Assembly: GCF_001194135.2 (NCBI RefSeq)
Contig: NC_068982.1
Span: forward strand, 188,948,334 to 188,999,509
DNA from: Octopus bimaculoides
Lineage: Eukaryota
Direction: 5' to 3'
Length of the DNA stretch: 51,176 nucleotides
Part shown: one piece after another, positions 1 through 12,110 of the stretch
Numbering within the stretch: the stretch's first letter is position 1
How the letters are laid out: each line of letters opens with the position of its first letter
Notes under the pieces: model-generated
What the model saw: the letters and a program-made list of their open reading frames with translations, nothing else
Told to the model about the DNA's origin: nothing
Database searches by the model: none
Made by a program: the position numbers and the translations under genes

Positions 1-36
1 TAGGTAGACAGACAGATAGGTAGACAGACAGATAGG

Positions 37-96
<60 letters not shown>

Positions 97-260
97 TAGA
101 TAGACAGACTGATAGACAGACAGATGGTGAAATAGGCAGATAAATAGCTAGGCAGTTAATCTTGATATACAGATAAAGATATGCAGATAGCCATACAGAT
201 AGCTGACGAGCTGGCTAGTTAGACCGACAGACAGGAGGGCAGATTAAACATACAGACAGA
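1..260. repeat. (AGAC)n/(AGAT)n compound microsatellite
   Basis: Direct tandem agac/agat units that decay rightwards. Confidence 0.95.
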
Positions 261-485
261 CGCATATATATAGAAAGAGAGTGACAGACACACGGACAGA
301 ATGGCTGGATGTGTTACAATTCAGAGTTATATAAAAAAAAATATGTACCGAGCGTCTTATGTGTGAAACACGTGACAATGTTATGATGGAACAACAATCA
401 GCTGGTCTCTCAGTCAGACAATATGGGTGGATGGCTTACAGTTGAAATGTAGTAGCGAATGTCACATGGTTACTGTTACACACAC

Positions 486-579
<94 letters not shown>

Positions 580-732
580 TAGCCTATTTATGTAGCCATA
601 TAGATGGGGGGGGGAATAGCGTGTTATACGTATATATGTGTACGTGTGTGTGTACACACACACACACACACACACAGTTATAGTAGCTATATATATTAGC
701 CTATGTACATAGCGATAACATTAGTTATAAAA

Positions 733-949
733 GGGCGGCGAGCTAGCAGAGACGTTGGTACGCCGAGCGAAATGCTTAGCGGTATTTCGTCTGCCTTTAC
801 GTTCTGAGTTCAAATTCCGCCGAGGTCGATTTTGCCTTTCATCTTTTCGGGGTTGATTAAATAAGTACCAATTACGCACTGGGATCGGTGTAATAGACTT
901 AGCCCCTTTGTCTGTCCTTGTTTGTCCCTTGTAAGCAATAAAAAAATAA
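733..949 (+). mobile_element. tRNA-headed SINE, family A, full length with TSD
   Basis: Head ggcggcgagctagcagagacgttgg (A-box-like) and gagttcaaattcc (B-box-like), A-rich tail, perfect 17-bp TSD ataacattagttataaa at 715-731 and 950-966. Confidence 0.9.
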
Positions 950-1225
950 ATAACATTAGTTATAAACTAGTGTATGTACTTTATTGTCTGGGGAGAGTCG
1001 TTCTCTTTTAGTTCCTTATTACTTAACAAACACACCGGTTAGATTTCCACTCACTTACGAAATGAAAATTTTAGAAAAAATAAATAAAATATGCTTCAAC
1101 ACACGAATTCACATAAAGAATCTTGCAAACCAAATCCGCTAAGCATTTTACCTAAATCGTAATAGTGTACGTATTTAGTTATGTATGTTCGTGTATGAAT
1201 AGAGCAACTTATATTGGGCGCATGC

Positions 1226-1577
1226 ATGAGTTACGACCGCGGTTTCGACCGCGACGAGGGTTCCAGTTGATCCGATCAACGGAACAGCCTGCTCATGAAA
1301 TTAAACATGCAAGTGACTGATCACTCCACAGACACGTAGTTCTCGGGGGAGATTCAGCGTGACACAGAGTGTGACAAGGCTGGCCCCTTTGAAATACAAG
1401 TACAACAGAAACAAGAAGAAAGAGGGAGAGAAAGTTGTTGTCGCCGCCACCACCTCCTGCAGGAACCTCGCGGAACATTAGGTGTTTTCGCTCAATAAAC
1501 ACTCACAACACCCGATCTGGGAATCGAAACCGCGATCCTGCGATCCGCTGCCCTAACCACTGGGCCATTGTGCCTCC
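1226..1577 (-). mobile_element. tRNA-headed SINE, family C (head type 1)
   Basis: Minus strand: ggaggcacaatggcccagtggttagggcagc...gtttcgattccc head. The body ccagccttgtcac...gcaggctgttccgttgatcggatcaactggaaccc is shared with 10943, 14179 and 24250. Confidence 0.85.
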
Positions 1578-1819
1578 ACCATAAATTATATATAGTTATA
1601 GAGAATATATATAGTTATGTATATAATCACATATTAGCGTGTGTACATAATCAAATATAATAGTGTATGTATAGAGTTATATCTACAGTTATATACTAGC
1701 CTATGTATACAGCTATGTTCGAGTGTGTATGTGTGATTAGAAGGTGAAGGTTCTTGTACTGCTCTCACTCTTAATTAGCAACATTAAACTCCGAGTAATG
1801 ATTCAAACAGTTTCTTATA

Positions 1820-2028
1820 TCCTTTTCTACTCTAAGCACAAGAGATTTTTGGGGAGGGGTCAAGTCGATTCGATCGATCCTAGTACGCAACTAGTACTTA
1901 ATTTATTGACCCCGAAAGAATGAAAAGCAAAGTCGACCTCGGCGGAATTTGAACTCAGAACGTAAAGACAGACGAAATACCGCTAAGCATTTCGCCCGGT
2001 GTGCTAACATTTCTGCCAGCCCCCGGCC
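1820..2028 (-). mobile_element. SINE family A
   Basis: Reverse complement of 733-949 (gaactcagaacgtaaagacagacgaaataccgctaagcatttcgcccgg). Confidence 0.9.
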
Positions 2029-2739
2029 TTGAAAAAGAAATATCATGAACTTTTATTAGCTTAGAGCTGTTTCTGCTACAAGGTGCAATTGATAATTTCC
2101 TATTATTGCTCTGTTCTCGTCCGACGCTTTGTTCCGAACGGCCATCTTTCTTTCTTTCTCTCCGTTGTTTGTCTCCTGTCCTAGCTTGTTTACGCGTTCG
2201 CACCACGACCTCGTTTAGGCTTAGCAGCCCTTCCTGTTTCTTTTCACTGCCCTTTTTGTGTTACCTATTTTGACCCTCTGCAAAATCCCAAATTTTATTT
2301 AATTTGCTTTGCGGGAGCAACTGTTTTATCGAAAGCGTATCTTGTTGTTAAATGCTCGAAATACGAGTCTAGAAAAACAGCCAACAACTGATGAAGGGTC
2401 GTTCTTTATGTTGTTTGTTTTGTTTTCCATTTGTGTCTTTTGTTGTTCGAAAGAATAGTTCATATTTCATGTACTCGTGCTTCGTACTCGTTTGCTGTAC
2501 ACGTTTCGTGACGCCCTGTACCCACATATGCATATATATATATATATATATACACGTATAGATGTATGTACATATACGTATGTATGTATGTATGTATGTA
2601 TGTATGTATGTATGTATGTATGTATGTATATATATAATTTATATTATTATTATTATTATTATTATATGTATTGAGTTCTAACATCAAGTTATTAGTATTG
2701 CTATGCCTAAGCGAAATAACAATAATCGTTTTAACTGAA

Positions 2740-2872
2740 GGCACAAGGCCTGATCGACCCCAGTGTTTCATTGGCACTTAATTTATCGACCTCAAAAGGA
2801 TGAAAGCGTAGACCTCGGCGAAATTTGACACCAGAACGTAAAAACGGACGAAATGCCGCTAAGCATTTTACC
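2740..2872 (-). mobile_element. SINE family A, truncated
   Basis: Matches the family A core (gacctcggcgaaatttgacaccagaacg...ccgctaagcatt). Confidence 0.8.
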
Positions 2873-2974
2873 TGAGACATGAGCATTCCTATATACATAT
2901 ACATGCGCTCCAATATACATATATTCCTGTATATATCCATATATGGCTGTGTATATGCATGCATGTCTGTACGC

Positions 2975-3260
2975 CACAGGTAACCCAGTACAACCTGTCG
3001 CACAATCGGGTCAGAGGTAACTAAACTGGCAACCCTACCAAACCGGCTTGGTAAGGAGGGTGGTGTTCGTAAGACACCCTGGAGGACAAAGATAAAACCT
3101 GTCAAAGCGCAGATGAACCCAGAAGAGTCAACGACCAACAAATAACTGACAATGAGAGACCCTAAATTTAGTTTAGGCATTGCTTTAGGAGAAAGACAAC
3201 TCTGGTGCAACATCGACCTCGTTTAGATGCAATGATGGAGACTGAACAGCCCTTTTGGAG
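2975..3260 (+). mobile_element. Possible RTE-like LINE 5' region remnant
   Basis: ggcaaccctacc... and ggcattgctttaggagaaagacaactctg resemble RTE 5' UTR motifs as I recall them; no ORF support. Confidence 0.3.
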
Positions 3261-4091
3261 CAAACGTTGTTTAGAGAATGGGATTGGCTCTGAGCAATGT
3301 CTTTCTTCACTTTGAATAACTTCGAGCTTTGGCATCGCTTGATTTTTAACCTCTCTGTTGTACTGCATACCATGGCTGGCCAGAGTCAAAAGGAGCTGAA
3401 ACATTCAATGATAGCAAGCGTCAGCGTGGATGGTAAAGTCTCTGAACACCTGTAGCAAGAGGCACTCGTCATTAGTACACCTGTGCAAAAGAGTGTAAAG
3501 TCTCCAGCAAGAGTGTAAAGTCACATCCGTTCTCTCTGTCCTTAAGAGAACAATCCAATTATTTTATTGCTGGAAATCGAGCGGCAACCATCACGTCATT
3601 ATGTATCACGGACACGGCCATGTTGTACATCTCACTGTTTTTTATTACTCAGGATTCTTTCGCATTTCACATCCAATACCCTAAATAGATCGTTCAGGAC
3701 AAATAAGTCTCTAAATCCGTTTTAATCATCAACTTTCACAGGCTCATCTTCAGGAATTAGATAATTAAACAAGTGTGAATATGCGTAATTGTCCCATTGT
3801 TAGGCTGTTTAAATACCTTTGCCATATCGTTAGATGTTATATATAAATAACATATTCATTTGTCATGTGTATTTCGTTTATGACCTCTAACACAGCGAGT
3901 GAGGGCAGGGAGGGAGAAAGTGTGTGTGCGCGCGCGCACGCGATTCCTTGCAGTGTGTGTTTCGTCTCAAATAGCTGTCCGCCATAACAATAAGGCATTT
4001 AAATAGATACGCCAATAATAGTCTACATCCTGAGAATATGACTGCGAAAGTTTAGTGTGTGTGCACATGCATACATACAGCTGTATGTATG

Positions 4092-4132
<41 letters not shown>

Positions 4133-4517
4133 NNNNNNNNNNNNNNNNNNNNNNNNNNNNNNNNNNNNNNNNNNNNNNNNNNNNNNNNNNNNNNNNNNNN
4201 NNNNNNNNNNNNNNNNNNNNNNNNNNNNNNNNNNNNNNNNNNNNNNNNNNNNNNNNNNNNNNNNNNNNNNNNNNNNNNNNNNNNNNNNNNNNNNNNNNNN
4301 NNNNNNNNNNNNNNNNNNNNNNNNNNNNNNNNNNNNNNNNNNNNNNNNNNNNNNNNNNGGGGGGGGGAATAGATATTTATTTTGATATAAATATCTGTCT
4401 CAATACATTTTATATGGAGATAGTTGCACTTGGCATTAGCTCTACAAAACTGTATCGAGCACTCTGTGTCTGCATCATAAAGATACATAGAACGATAAGA
4501 GATACCTTTGTACTTCA

Positions 4518-4571
<54 letters not shown>

Positions 4572-5081
4572 AGCTGCTCTAGGCTAAAATGTACAAAGGT
4601 TAAATGGTGTGTACTTTTCATGACGAGTCTCAAAAATGTGTTTACTGAAGATTCACGCCACTGCGCCCCCAACCAATAGATAGATTATATGTGAGGAGGT
4701 GAGTGCGCGTATGCTATATATATATATTCTCAAATCTGAACATCTTTCTTGTGTGTGTGTGTGATATTAACGTGTGGATATGTATGTGTGAACATATGCA
4801 GTGTCTGAAGAGAAAAAGCACAGACTTGCTGAAAGTTACAATTACAAACCAGATGGACAATAACATTGTTAACACACACACTTTTGTGTCTGTGTATGTG
4901 TGATTGAGTGAGGGCGTATATCACAAATCGACAACGCACAGTTGTATGTGTGTGTGCGCGTACGTGCGTGTGCGTGTGTACATATTTAAACATGGCCTGC
5001 AGAATCACACGAGGTAAAGCTCAGAGTAGGAGCCACGCAGTGTAACCAGCAGCTGCTTCCGAATCTATAAACATATGTATC

Positions 5082-5296
5082 GGTTTCAAATTTTGAGCAC
5101 AGGGCCAGCAAATTCGGGGGAAACGGTAAGTCGATTACAGCAACCCCAGCGCTCAGCTGGTACTTATTTCATCGACCCCCAAAAGGATGAAAGACAAAAT
5201 CAACTTCGACGGAATTCGAACTTGAGACGTGAAGGACTGAAAGAAACAGCGCTAAACATTTTGTCAGACATGTTAACGACTCTGCCAGCACCCCGC
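5082..5296 (-). mobile_element. SINE family A (subtype with gctggccctgtg...tttgaaacc tail)
   Basis: Diverged match to family A over its full length. Confidence 0.8.
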
Positions 5297-5370
5297 TTTG
5301 AACACTTACATATATTAAGCAGAGCCACTTGCATTTATAAGTCCACACACACACATACACACACACACAC

Positions 5371-5470
5371 GGTTCCGGGTTCAATCCCACTGCGTGGCAC
5401 CTTGAGCAAGTGTCTTCTACTATAGCCTCGGGCCGACCAAAGCCTTGGGAGTGGATTTGGTAAACTTGAA
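5371..5470 (+). mobile_element. SINE family B, partial 5' half
   Basis: ggttccgggttcaatcccactgcgtggcaccttgagcaagtgtcttctactatagcctcgggccgaccaaagcc matches 34541 and 47184. Confidence 0.85.
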
Positions 5471-6110
5471 GATTACCCATATATATATATATATATATAT
5501 ATANNNNNNNNNNNNNNNNNNNNNNNNNNNNNNNNNNNNNNNNNNNNNNNNNNNNNNNNNNNNNNNNNNNNNNNNNNNNNNNNNNNNNNNNNNNNNNNNN
5601 NNNNNNNNNNNNNNNNNNNNNNNNNNNNNNNNNNNNNNNNNNNNNNNNNNNNNNNNNNNNNNNNNNNNNNNNNNNNNNNNNNNNNNNNNNNNNNNNNNNN
5701 NNNNNNNNNNNNNNNNNNNNNNNNNNNNNNNNNNNNNNNNNNNNNNNNNNNNNNNNNNNNNNNNNNNNNNNNNNNNNNNNNNNNNNNNNNNNNNNNNNNN
5801 NNNNNNNNNNNNNNNNNNNNNNNNNNNNNNNNNNNNNNNNNNNNNNNNNNNNNNNNNNNNNNNNNNNNNNNNNNNNNNNNNNNNNNNNNNNNNNNNNNNN
5901 NNNNNNNNNNNNNNNNNNNNNNNNNNNNNNNNNNNNNNNNNNNNNNNNNNNNNNNNNNNNNNNNNNNNNNNNNNNNNNNNNNNNNNNNNNNNNNNNNGTT
6001 TTGCAGAAGTACCCGACAGAACGGAATCAAAAACAGCAGGCAGAAAAGAAACAATTGTGCATGAAGAGAACTTTGTCGATGGAAATGATAATGAAATTCA
6101 ACAGATAAAT

Positions 6111-6294
6111 TTCTAGGACTGCATGCTGATCTCAATGAGATCGTGTTCATTAAAAATAGATATTTATTAATGAAATTTTCTACAGTTATGCTCCAGATGG
6201 TTGAATATATTGCGCTGTAGAAAATTTCATTAAAATATATCTATTTTCAATGAACACGACCTCGCCGAGTGAGGGTCACCATGCAGTTCTAGAA
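6111..6294. mobile_element. Palindromic MITE-like hairpin (about 75-80 bp arms, 29-nt loop)
   Basis: 6111-6185 is the imperfect reverse complement of 6215-6294; termini ttctag...ctagaa; flanked by aat (6108-6110, 6295-6297). Confidence 0.75.
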
Positions 6295-6301
6295 AATTCA
6301 C

Positions 6302-6496
6302 CTACTCAACATTATACACTTCAGAAATGGCAGCCAAAAAATAAACAAATGTTTTTTCTTTTGGGATTGAATTCCGCCATAAAAATTCATATGATAAGAT
6401 GAGATTGAGGATTTTGTTTTCAACAACAATAAGATGTTGTGCAGCCGGTCTTCCACGAGGCATTTTCGATTTCTCATAAGAAACTATGATATTCAA
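6302..6496 (-). pseudogene. Possible C-terminal remnant of a Mutator-like transposase
   Basis: ENKILNLILSYE...YFLAAISEVYNVE* resembles, from recall only, the xRIxxLxxxY...FLxAIS pattern at the end of invertebrate MULE-like proteins. Confidence 0.25.
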
Positions 6497-6663
6497 TGAC
6501 GTGTGTGATTTATATATAAACAGTTAACGTCAATCAAATCACGTGTGTGATTTATTTATAAACAGAGTAGTATGGAGAATACTGGTAAGACTTTCAGTTA
6601 CTTTCCTTGAATATTTTTATTTATTTATTTACCCCCCTAAACTTGAAGATTATCATATATATG

Positions 6664-6855
6664 CGTGTGTGCTTCTGTGTTTGTCCCCCCCCTCAACATC
6701 GTTTGACAACCGATGCTGCGGTGTTTACGTCCCCGTAACTTAGCGGTTCGGCAAAAGAATAAGTACTAGGCTCATAAGGAATAAGTCCTAGGGTCAATTT
6801 TCTCGACTAAAGGTAGTGATCCAGCATGGCAGCAGTCAAATGACTGAAACAAGAA
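6664..6855 (+). mobile_element. SINE family B, 3' half
   Basis: tttacgtccccgtaacttagcggttcggcaaaa...ccagcatggcagcagtcaaatgactgaaacaag. Confidence 0.85.
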
Positions 6856-6857
6856 TA

Positions 6858-6913
<56 letters not shown>

Positions 6914-6948
6914 AAATAATATGTGAGCATATATATATATAAAGCCAC

Positions 6949-7290
6949 ATGTTATGGCTGGTCATAGAATGACCATTAGTTTTGCACCTATAAAGCGTTT
7001 AGCAGTATAGGCGACACGTCAGACTCAAATGGCTGAAGGCGCATAACCTCTCTACAAGTGGAGGAAGAAATACGTCACGGTCAGTTAGATTTGTAAACAT
7101 GAAATATTTGTGCACTCCTGCGGTGACAAATATTTTTTTGTTTACAAAACTGACTGACCGTGACGTATTTCTTCCTCCAATTGTAGAGACGTTATGCGCC
7201 TTAGGTCGTTTGAATCTCACGAATCATCTATATTGCGAAGTGCTTTATAGGTGGCGAAACCAATGGTCACTCTATGATTAGCCATAGCAT
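6949..7290. mobile_element. Foldback or long-TIR palindrome (about 165 bp arms, 7-nt loop)
   Basis: The two halves are reverse complements; they even give mirror ORFs (LTDRDVFLPP) on opposite strands. Centre: tgtgcac-tcctgcg-gtgaca. Confidence 0.85.
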
Positions 7291-7361
7291 TCAAACTCCT
7301 AAAAATATATTACTTCTCGAATGCTTTGGCGTAGGGTCCTTTTCCGGATATATAAACCACT

Positions 7362-7419
<58 letters not shown>

Positions 7420-7423
<4 letters not shown>

Positions 7424-7790
7424 GAAATTTACTGAAAAACAAAAGACGAAGACAGGTGTATAAACAACAAGCTGGTGTAATAGTTTGACGCTCGGGAAGG
7501 TGAGAAAGTCTTTTACGTTTCGAGCCTACGCTCTTCAACAGAAAGGAAATCGAGAAAATAAAAAGAGAATTAAAAAAAACAACACTTTTGGAGCTAGTGG
7601 TCAATTAGAATAAACAATCAATTCAAATAAACGAACAATAAAGTTAACGGACAATGAGAGGACGTGCACAAGGAATGTATTAGCTGGACGTTAGATAAGA
7701 AGAGAGAGTTTGACGTTTCGAGCATAGCTCTTCATCGGAAAGGAGAAAGGGAAAAAGTCCAAAGAAGGATTAAAAAAATCGCCAACAACA
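7420..7790 (-). mobile_element. Penelope-like terminal region with two variant hammerhead motifs
   Basis: Minus strand: CUUU-CUGUUGA-A-GAGC(GUAG)GCUC-GAA-ACGU-A-AAAG (7510-7545) and UUU-CCGAUGA-A-GAGC(UAU)GCUC-GAA-ACGU-C-AAA (7709-7741). Confidence 0.65.
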
Positions 7791-7878
7791 TGCGTGTAGT
7801 TACATTGTTGTATACGATTGGCCATTGTGAGTTCCTTATTGACTCACTTTTTGTGCAACACACACGTGTGTGTGTGTG

Positions 7879-8131
7879 TAAGAAACTTGCTTCTCAACCA
7901 CATGACTCTGGGTTCACTCCCACTGCGTAACACCTTGGGCAAGTGACTAATACTATAGTATTGAGAGTGGACTTGAGAGACGGAAATTGAAAGAAGCCCA
8001 TCGTTTATTGGCATTCTTATGATTGTGCATTCCCCCACCTTCTGGGGTAGACTCATTCAAGAAAAACATTCATCAAGGCAGTGCTCCAGCATGGCTACAG
8101 TGTAATGAGCGAAACAAATAAAAGATAAAAG
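7879..8131 (+). mobile_element. SINE family B, internally deleted
   Basis: Head cttgcttctcaaccacatgactctgggttcactcccactgcg and tail gtgctccagcatggctacag...gaaacaaataaaag. Confidence 0.8.
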
Positions 8132-8132
8132 A

Positions 8133-8411
8133 CTTTATCTCTTCCTCACAAGTCTTGTCGAGCTCCTGGAGTCTTGCATATGCAGCGGGCTTCCTACCTG
8201 CAGCCTATGGTACCATGCTATCCATTCTTCTCAGCTCCCTAATACTTTCCTGGTTATTCTGGCCATGCCAAGGAGGGAAACCTTTTGTAACAGTTCTACT
8301 GGGCACTCTATTCCAATTTCCTTTATATTCCCCTTAATGCCTTCTGATACTGTCCCCAAAGACCCAACAATAATTGGCACTATCTTCACATTCTTCATTT
8401 TCCATAGCTCG
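8133..8411 (-). mobile_element. R4/Dong-like LINE 3' end, 5'-truncated
   Basis: Minus-strand translation LWKMKNVKIVPIIVGSLGTVSEGIKGNIKEIGIECPVELLQKVSLLGMARITRKVL is typical of the RLE C-terminus; homologous to 45330-45600 and 48845-49135. Confidence 0.8.
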
Positions 8412-9177
8412 ATATTATTATTGATAGTAGTAGTATTATTATGGTCAAGTTAGTTTGTTGCTGCTCTGAGTTTTGCCTGTGTGTGCACAGGAGTTTACAG
8501 ACAAGTTTCAACGGAATAAATGACGGAATTTGTACATTTATATATAGGATTCCTGCCATAGAGTATGAAGGAAATGGAGAGAAAGGGGGGAAGAGAAAAG
8601 ATATAAGAGGCAAGAGAGATTAGGGGAAAACAAAAAAAAATGATAGATAGATAGATTTCTTTTATTAGCCACACAGGGCTTTACACAGAGGGGACAAATA
8701 CAATGTAGAGCATTTCTTTTTGGGAGGGGGAAGGAGAGAAGATAGATAGATAGATAGATAAATAGATATGAGTGTAGACATGCGTGTATGTAGCCACAAA
8801 AAGAGAGAGAGGGTGTATATAAATAAATAACCGAGTGTTCGACGACAATCACAACAAACGAGAAATAAATACATAACAGAATAGATTCGATTAGATATAT
8901 TGATAATATATCGATAGGGAAACTATCCATTAATGCACATATCAAACATATGGCGACAAGTATTTGCATATTTGCACATCAAAGAATGCTGTTGTTTTAT
9001 TGGTTGCATCACACTTGGTACTCTCCATGCATTTAGACGAGGTCGTTTGACGGTAACACGTGCATTCGATGCACAAGCATATATGTGCATCGATTCAGGT
9101 ATGTATACGTGCATTTCTGTACATACGTGTGTGTGTGTATGTGTGTGTGAGGTATGTGCATAATAAATTTATGTATA

Positions 9178-9319
9178 GGCGCAGGCGTGGCTCTGTGGTA
9201 AGAAGCTTGTTTCCCAACCACATGGTCTCGGGTTCAGTCCCACTGCGCGGCAACAAAGTGTTTTCCTATTATAGTCTCAGGCTGACTAAAACACTGAGTG
9301 GATTTGACAGACAGAAACG

Positions 9320-9321
<2 letters not shown>
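9178..9321 (+). mobile_element. SINE family B, 5' half (runs into gap)
   Basis: ggcgcaggcgtggctctgtggtaagaagcttgtttcccaaccacatggtctcgggttcagtcccactgcg. Confidence 0.85.
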
Positions 9322-9360
<39 letters not shown>

Positions 9361-10942
9361 NNNNNNNNNNNNNNNNNNNNNNNNNNNNNNNNNNNNNNNN
9401 NNNNNNNNNNNNNNNNNNNNNNNNNNNNNNNNNNNNNNNNNNNNNNNNNNNNNNNNNNNNNNNNNNNNNNNNNNNNNNNNNNNNNNNNNNNNNNNNNNNN
9501 NNNNNNNNNNNNNNNNNNNNNNNNNNNNNNNNNNNNNNNNNNNNNNNNNNNNNNNNNNNNNNNNNNNNNNNNNNNNNNNNNNNNNNNNNNNNNNNNNNNN
9601 NNNNNNNNNNNNNNNNNNNNNNNNNNNNNNNNNNNNNNNNNNNNNNNNNNNNNNNNNNNNNNNNNNNNNNNNNNNNNNNNNNNNNNNNNNNNNNNNNNNN
9701 NNNNNNNNNNNNNNNNNNNNNNNNNNNNNNNNNNNNNNNNNNNNNNNNNNNNNNNNNNNNNNNNNNNNNNNNNNNNNNNNNNNNNNNNNNNNNNNNNNNN
9801 NNNNNNNNNNNNNNNNNNNNNNNNNNNNNNNNNNNNNNNNNNNNNNNNNNNNNNNNNNNNNNNNNNNNNNNNNNNNNNNNNNNNNNNNNNNNNNNNNNNN
9901 NNNNNNNNNNNNNNNNNNNNNNNNNNNNNNNNNNNNNNNNNNNNNNNNNNNNNNNNNNNNNNNNNNNNNNNNNNNNNNNNNNNNNNNNNNNNNNNNNNNN
10001 NNNNNNNNNNNNNNNNNNNNNNNNNNNNNNNNNNNNNNNNNCTGGTTTTTAAATCCATTTAACGATATGCACTCAGCCTGAAAAATTGCTCGGAGATACA
10101 TGGCATCTAGACATATAAATTTGACATGGGCGATTCTTTCTCGTCTTGGGATTCACGGTCAAACGGCTGGGTGGAATTGCGCGAAAAATTATACATGTGT
10201 AGAATGATCCGGTGGTGTTGCTGGGCTTTGTATTTTTTCATAGCTTCCATGGTTACCGAGATAATCTACTATAATAATACTCTTGTGTTTATGAATGAGA
10301 AAGGAAGGGGTGATAGATGAATAAGGAAGGAAGGGGTGATGTCATACTTGGTAGTGGGATGATGAAAATTGTACGCTGAATAAATAAATCAAACAGCATT
10401 TCAACTCTGTGTGAATATGTGTGTGTATGTAAAAGGGGGTATGTGAATATGTGTGCGTGTGTGTGTGTGCTTGTATGTGTGTGCGCACGCAATGGAAGTG
10501 GGATGGTTCATCTTTGCTTAGTATTTGGGTTTATTTTTTGATTTGATTGAATCTTGGTTGGGTTTTTTTTTTGTTGGTCAGTTATTTTGAGCGTTTTGAC
10601 AGAAAAATGTCATTCTAAAATTGTTTTTCAACGTAAGCGTTCCCAAACAAGTCGAATGCTTACACAGAACAGGTTTTACAGCCACATCATCCAAACCGAC
10701 CGGGTGAAACCGAGCTTAGCTGCTAGTGTTAAATAAATCTGCCAATTTAACGTATCTTAAAGCACGAAACTATTAGGAGATATTTTATAATTGTGTATAT
10801 TAAATGATATTTATCTCTCACCGGATGGAGAACTTTTTTGTTGATCACCTACAACGGAATTTACGTGCACACGTGTAGTTTTTTCTTTGCAGAATTTAAG
10901 CCAGTCTCTAATAAAATGGCAAGGTTTTTCTTTAGGCGCAAT

Positions 10943-11238
10943 GAAGGCGTGTGGCCGAGTGGCTAGGGTATTCTGCACTCGATCGTGAGTTCGTGAGTTC
11001 GATATCCTTGACCAAGACACAGCTCCAGTCCACTCAGCTGGCAAAAATGAATTGTACTTGTAATTCAAATGGGACCAGCCTTGTCACATTTTGTGTCATG
11101 CTGAATCTCCTTGAGAACTACATTAAGTGTACACGTGTCTGTGGAGTACTCAGCCACTGGCACGTTGAATTCCCGAGCAGACTGTTCCGATGATCGGATC
11201 AACTGCAACCCTCATCGTCATGACCGACGGAATGCCAG
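10943..11238 (+). mobile_element. SINE family C (head type 2)
   Basis: tRNA-like head gtggccgagtggctagg...gagttcgatatcc, then ccttgaccaagacac...cagtccactcagctggcaaaaatga, then the family C body. Confidence 0.85.
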
Positions 11239-11685
11239 TTTTTTTTCGTTTTTTTTTTCCATATGCATGCACTTCAGTCGGAGATTAAGAAACTTATGGT
11301 TTCGCAATCATAAGTTTCCAAGTTCGATCTCAGGATGAGGTACCTTTGTCAATCTTTTCTCTCTCACTCACTCATTCTCTCTCTCTTTCTCTCTTTTGCC
11401 ACAGCCTCAAGTCAACACATGCCTTAGAAGGGAAACTGGGTAGACGGAAACTGCACAGAATCCTATGAGTACATTTGCATTTCAAAAATGCAGCTTTAAC
11501 AGACGCTGTGTCGTGATGATGATTGTGCTTAAGGATTATGTTGATATTAAACGCGCCCTTGGTATACTCAACCACTTACAAGTTAATTTAATGAGGGGAT
11601 CCAGCTGATCAAACGAATGCAATATTCATTTTCGACATTGACGGAGATCCATTTACTTACTGGAGAATTATGTGCGTATGTAGGC

Positions 11686-11689
<4 letters not shown>

Positions 11690-11718
<29 letters not shown>

Positions 11719-11719
11719 T

Positions 11720-11762
<43 letters not shown>

Positions 11763-11884
11763 ATGAGTGTGCGTATATATGTGCATACTTGTGTATATTT
11801 GCATATGGTGTGTAAATCTACGTGCATGCAAAGACTATACACGGCATTTTAGAGTGGTTTATCTCTAAACATAAAGAGGGATGG

Positions 11885-11935
<51 letters not shown>

Positions 11936-11990
11936 AAATGTTTGTGTGTGTGTGTGTGTGTGTGTGAAAGAGAGAGTGAAATATGTTTGT

Positions 11991-12021
<31 letters not shown>

Positions 12022-12110
12022 AGAAAGAGAGAGAGACAAATATAAATGTTTGTGAGAGAGAGAAATATAAATGTGTGTGTGTGAGAAAGAGAGAGAACGT
12101 ATGTTGAGTG
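11690..12110. repeat. Compound (TATG)n/(GT)n/(GA)n microsatellite block
   Basis: Direct inspection. Confidence 0.95.

Noticed and set aside
436-683. YI/HT/CV-repeat ORFs, here and at 4055-4587, 11583-12135, 27157-27492 and 39811-40315
   Set aside because: They are translations of (TA)n, (CA)n, (GA)n and (TATG)n microsatellites, which lack stops in some frames.
2320-2405. Possible hammerhead (agcgt/atgct stem, gaaatacgagtc, nearby ctgatga)
   Set aside because: The CUGANGA lies downstream of the GAAA, with no consistent stem I or III in either topology; too degenerate to support.
4573-4699. Candidate exon (tttacag acceptor, gag|gtgagt donor)
   Set aside because: Stops occur in all three frames and there is no other support; it could only be non-coding.
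5445-10101. Long ORFs of 200-390 aa containing X runs (also 15179-15717, 39862-41054, 42969-43670)
   Set aside because: Their length comes from N gaps, not from coding sequence.
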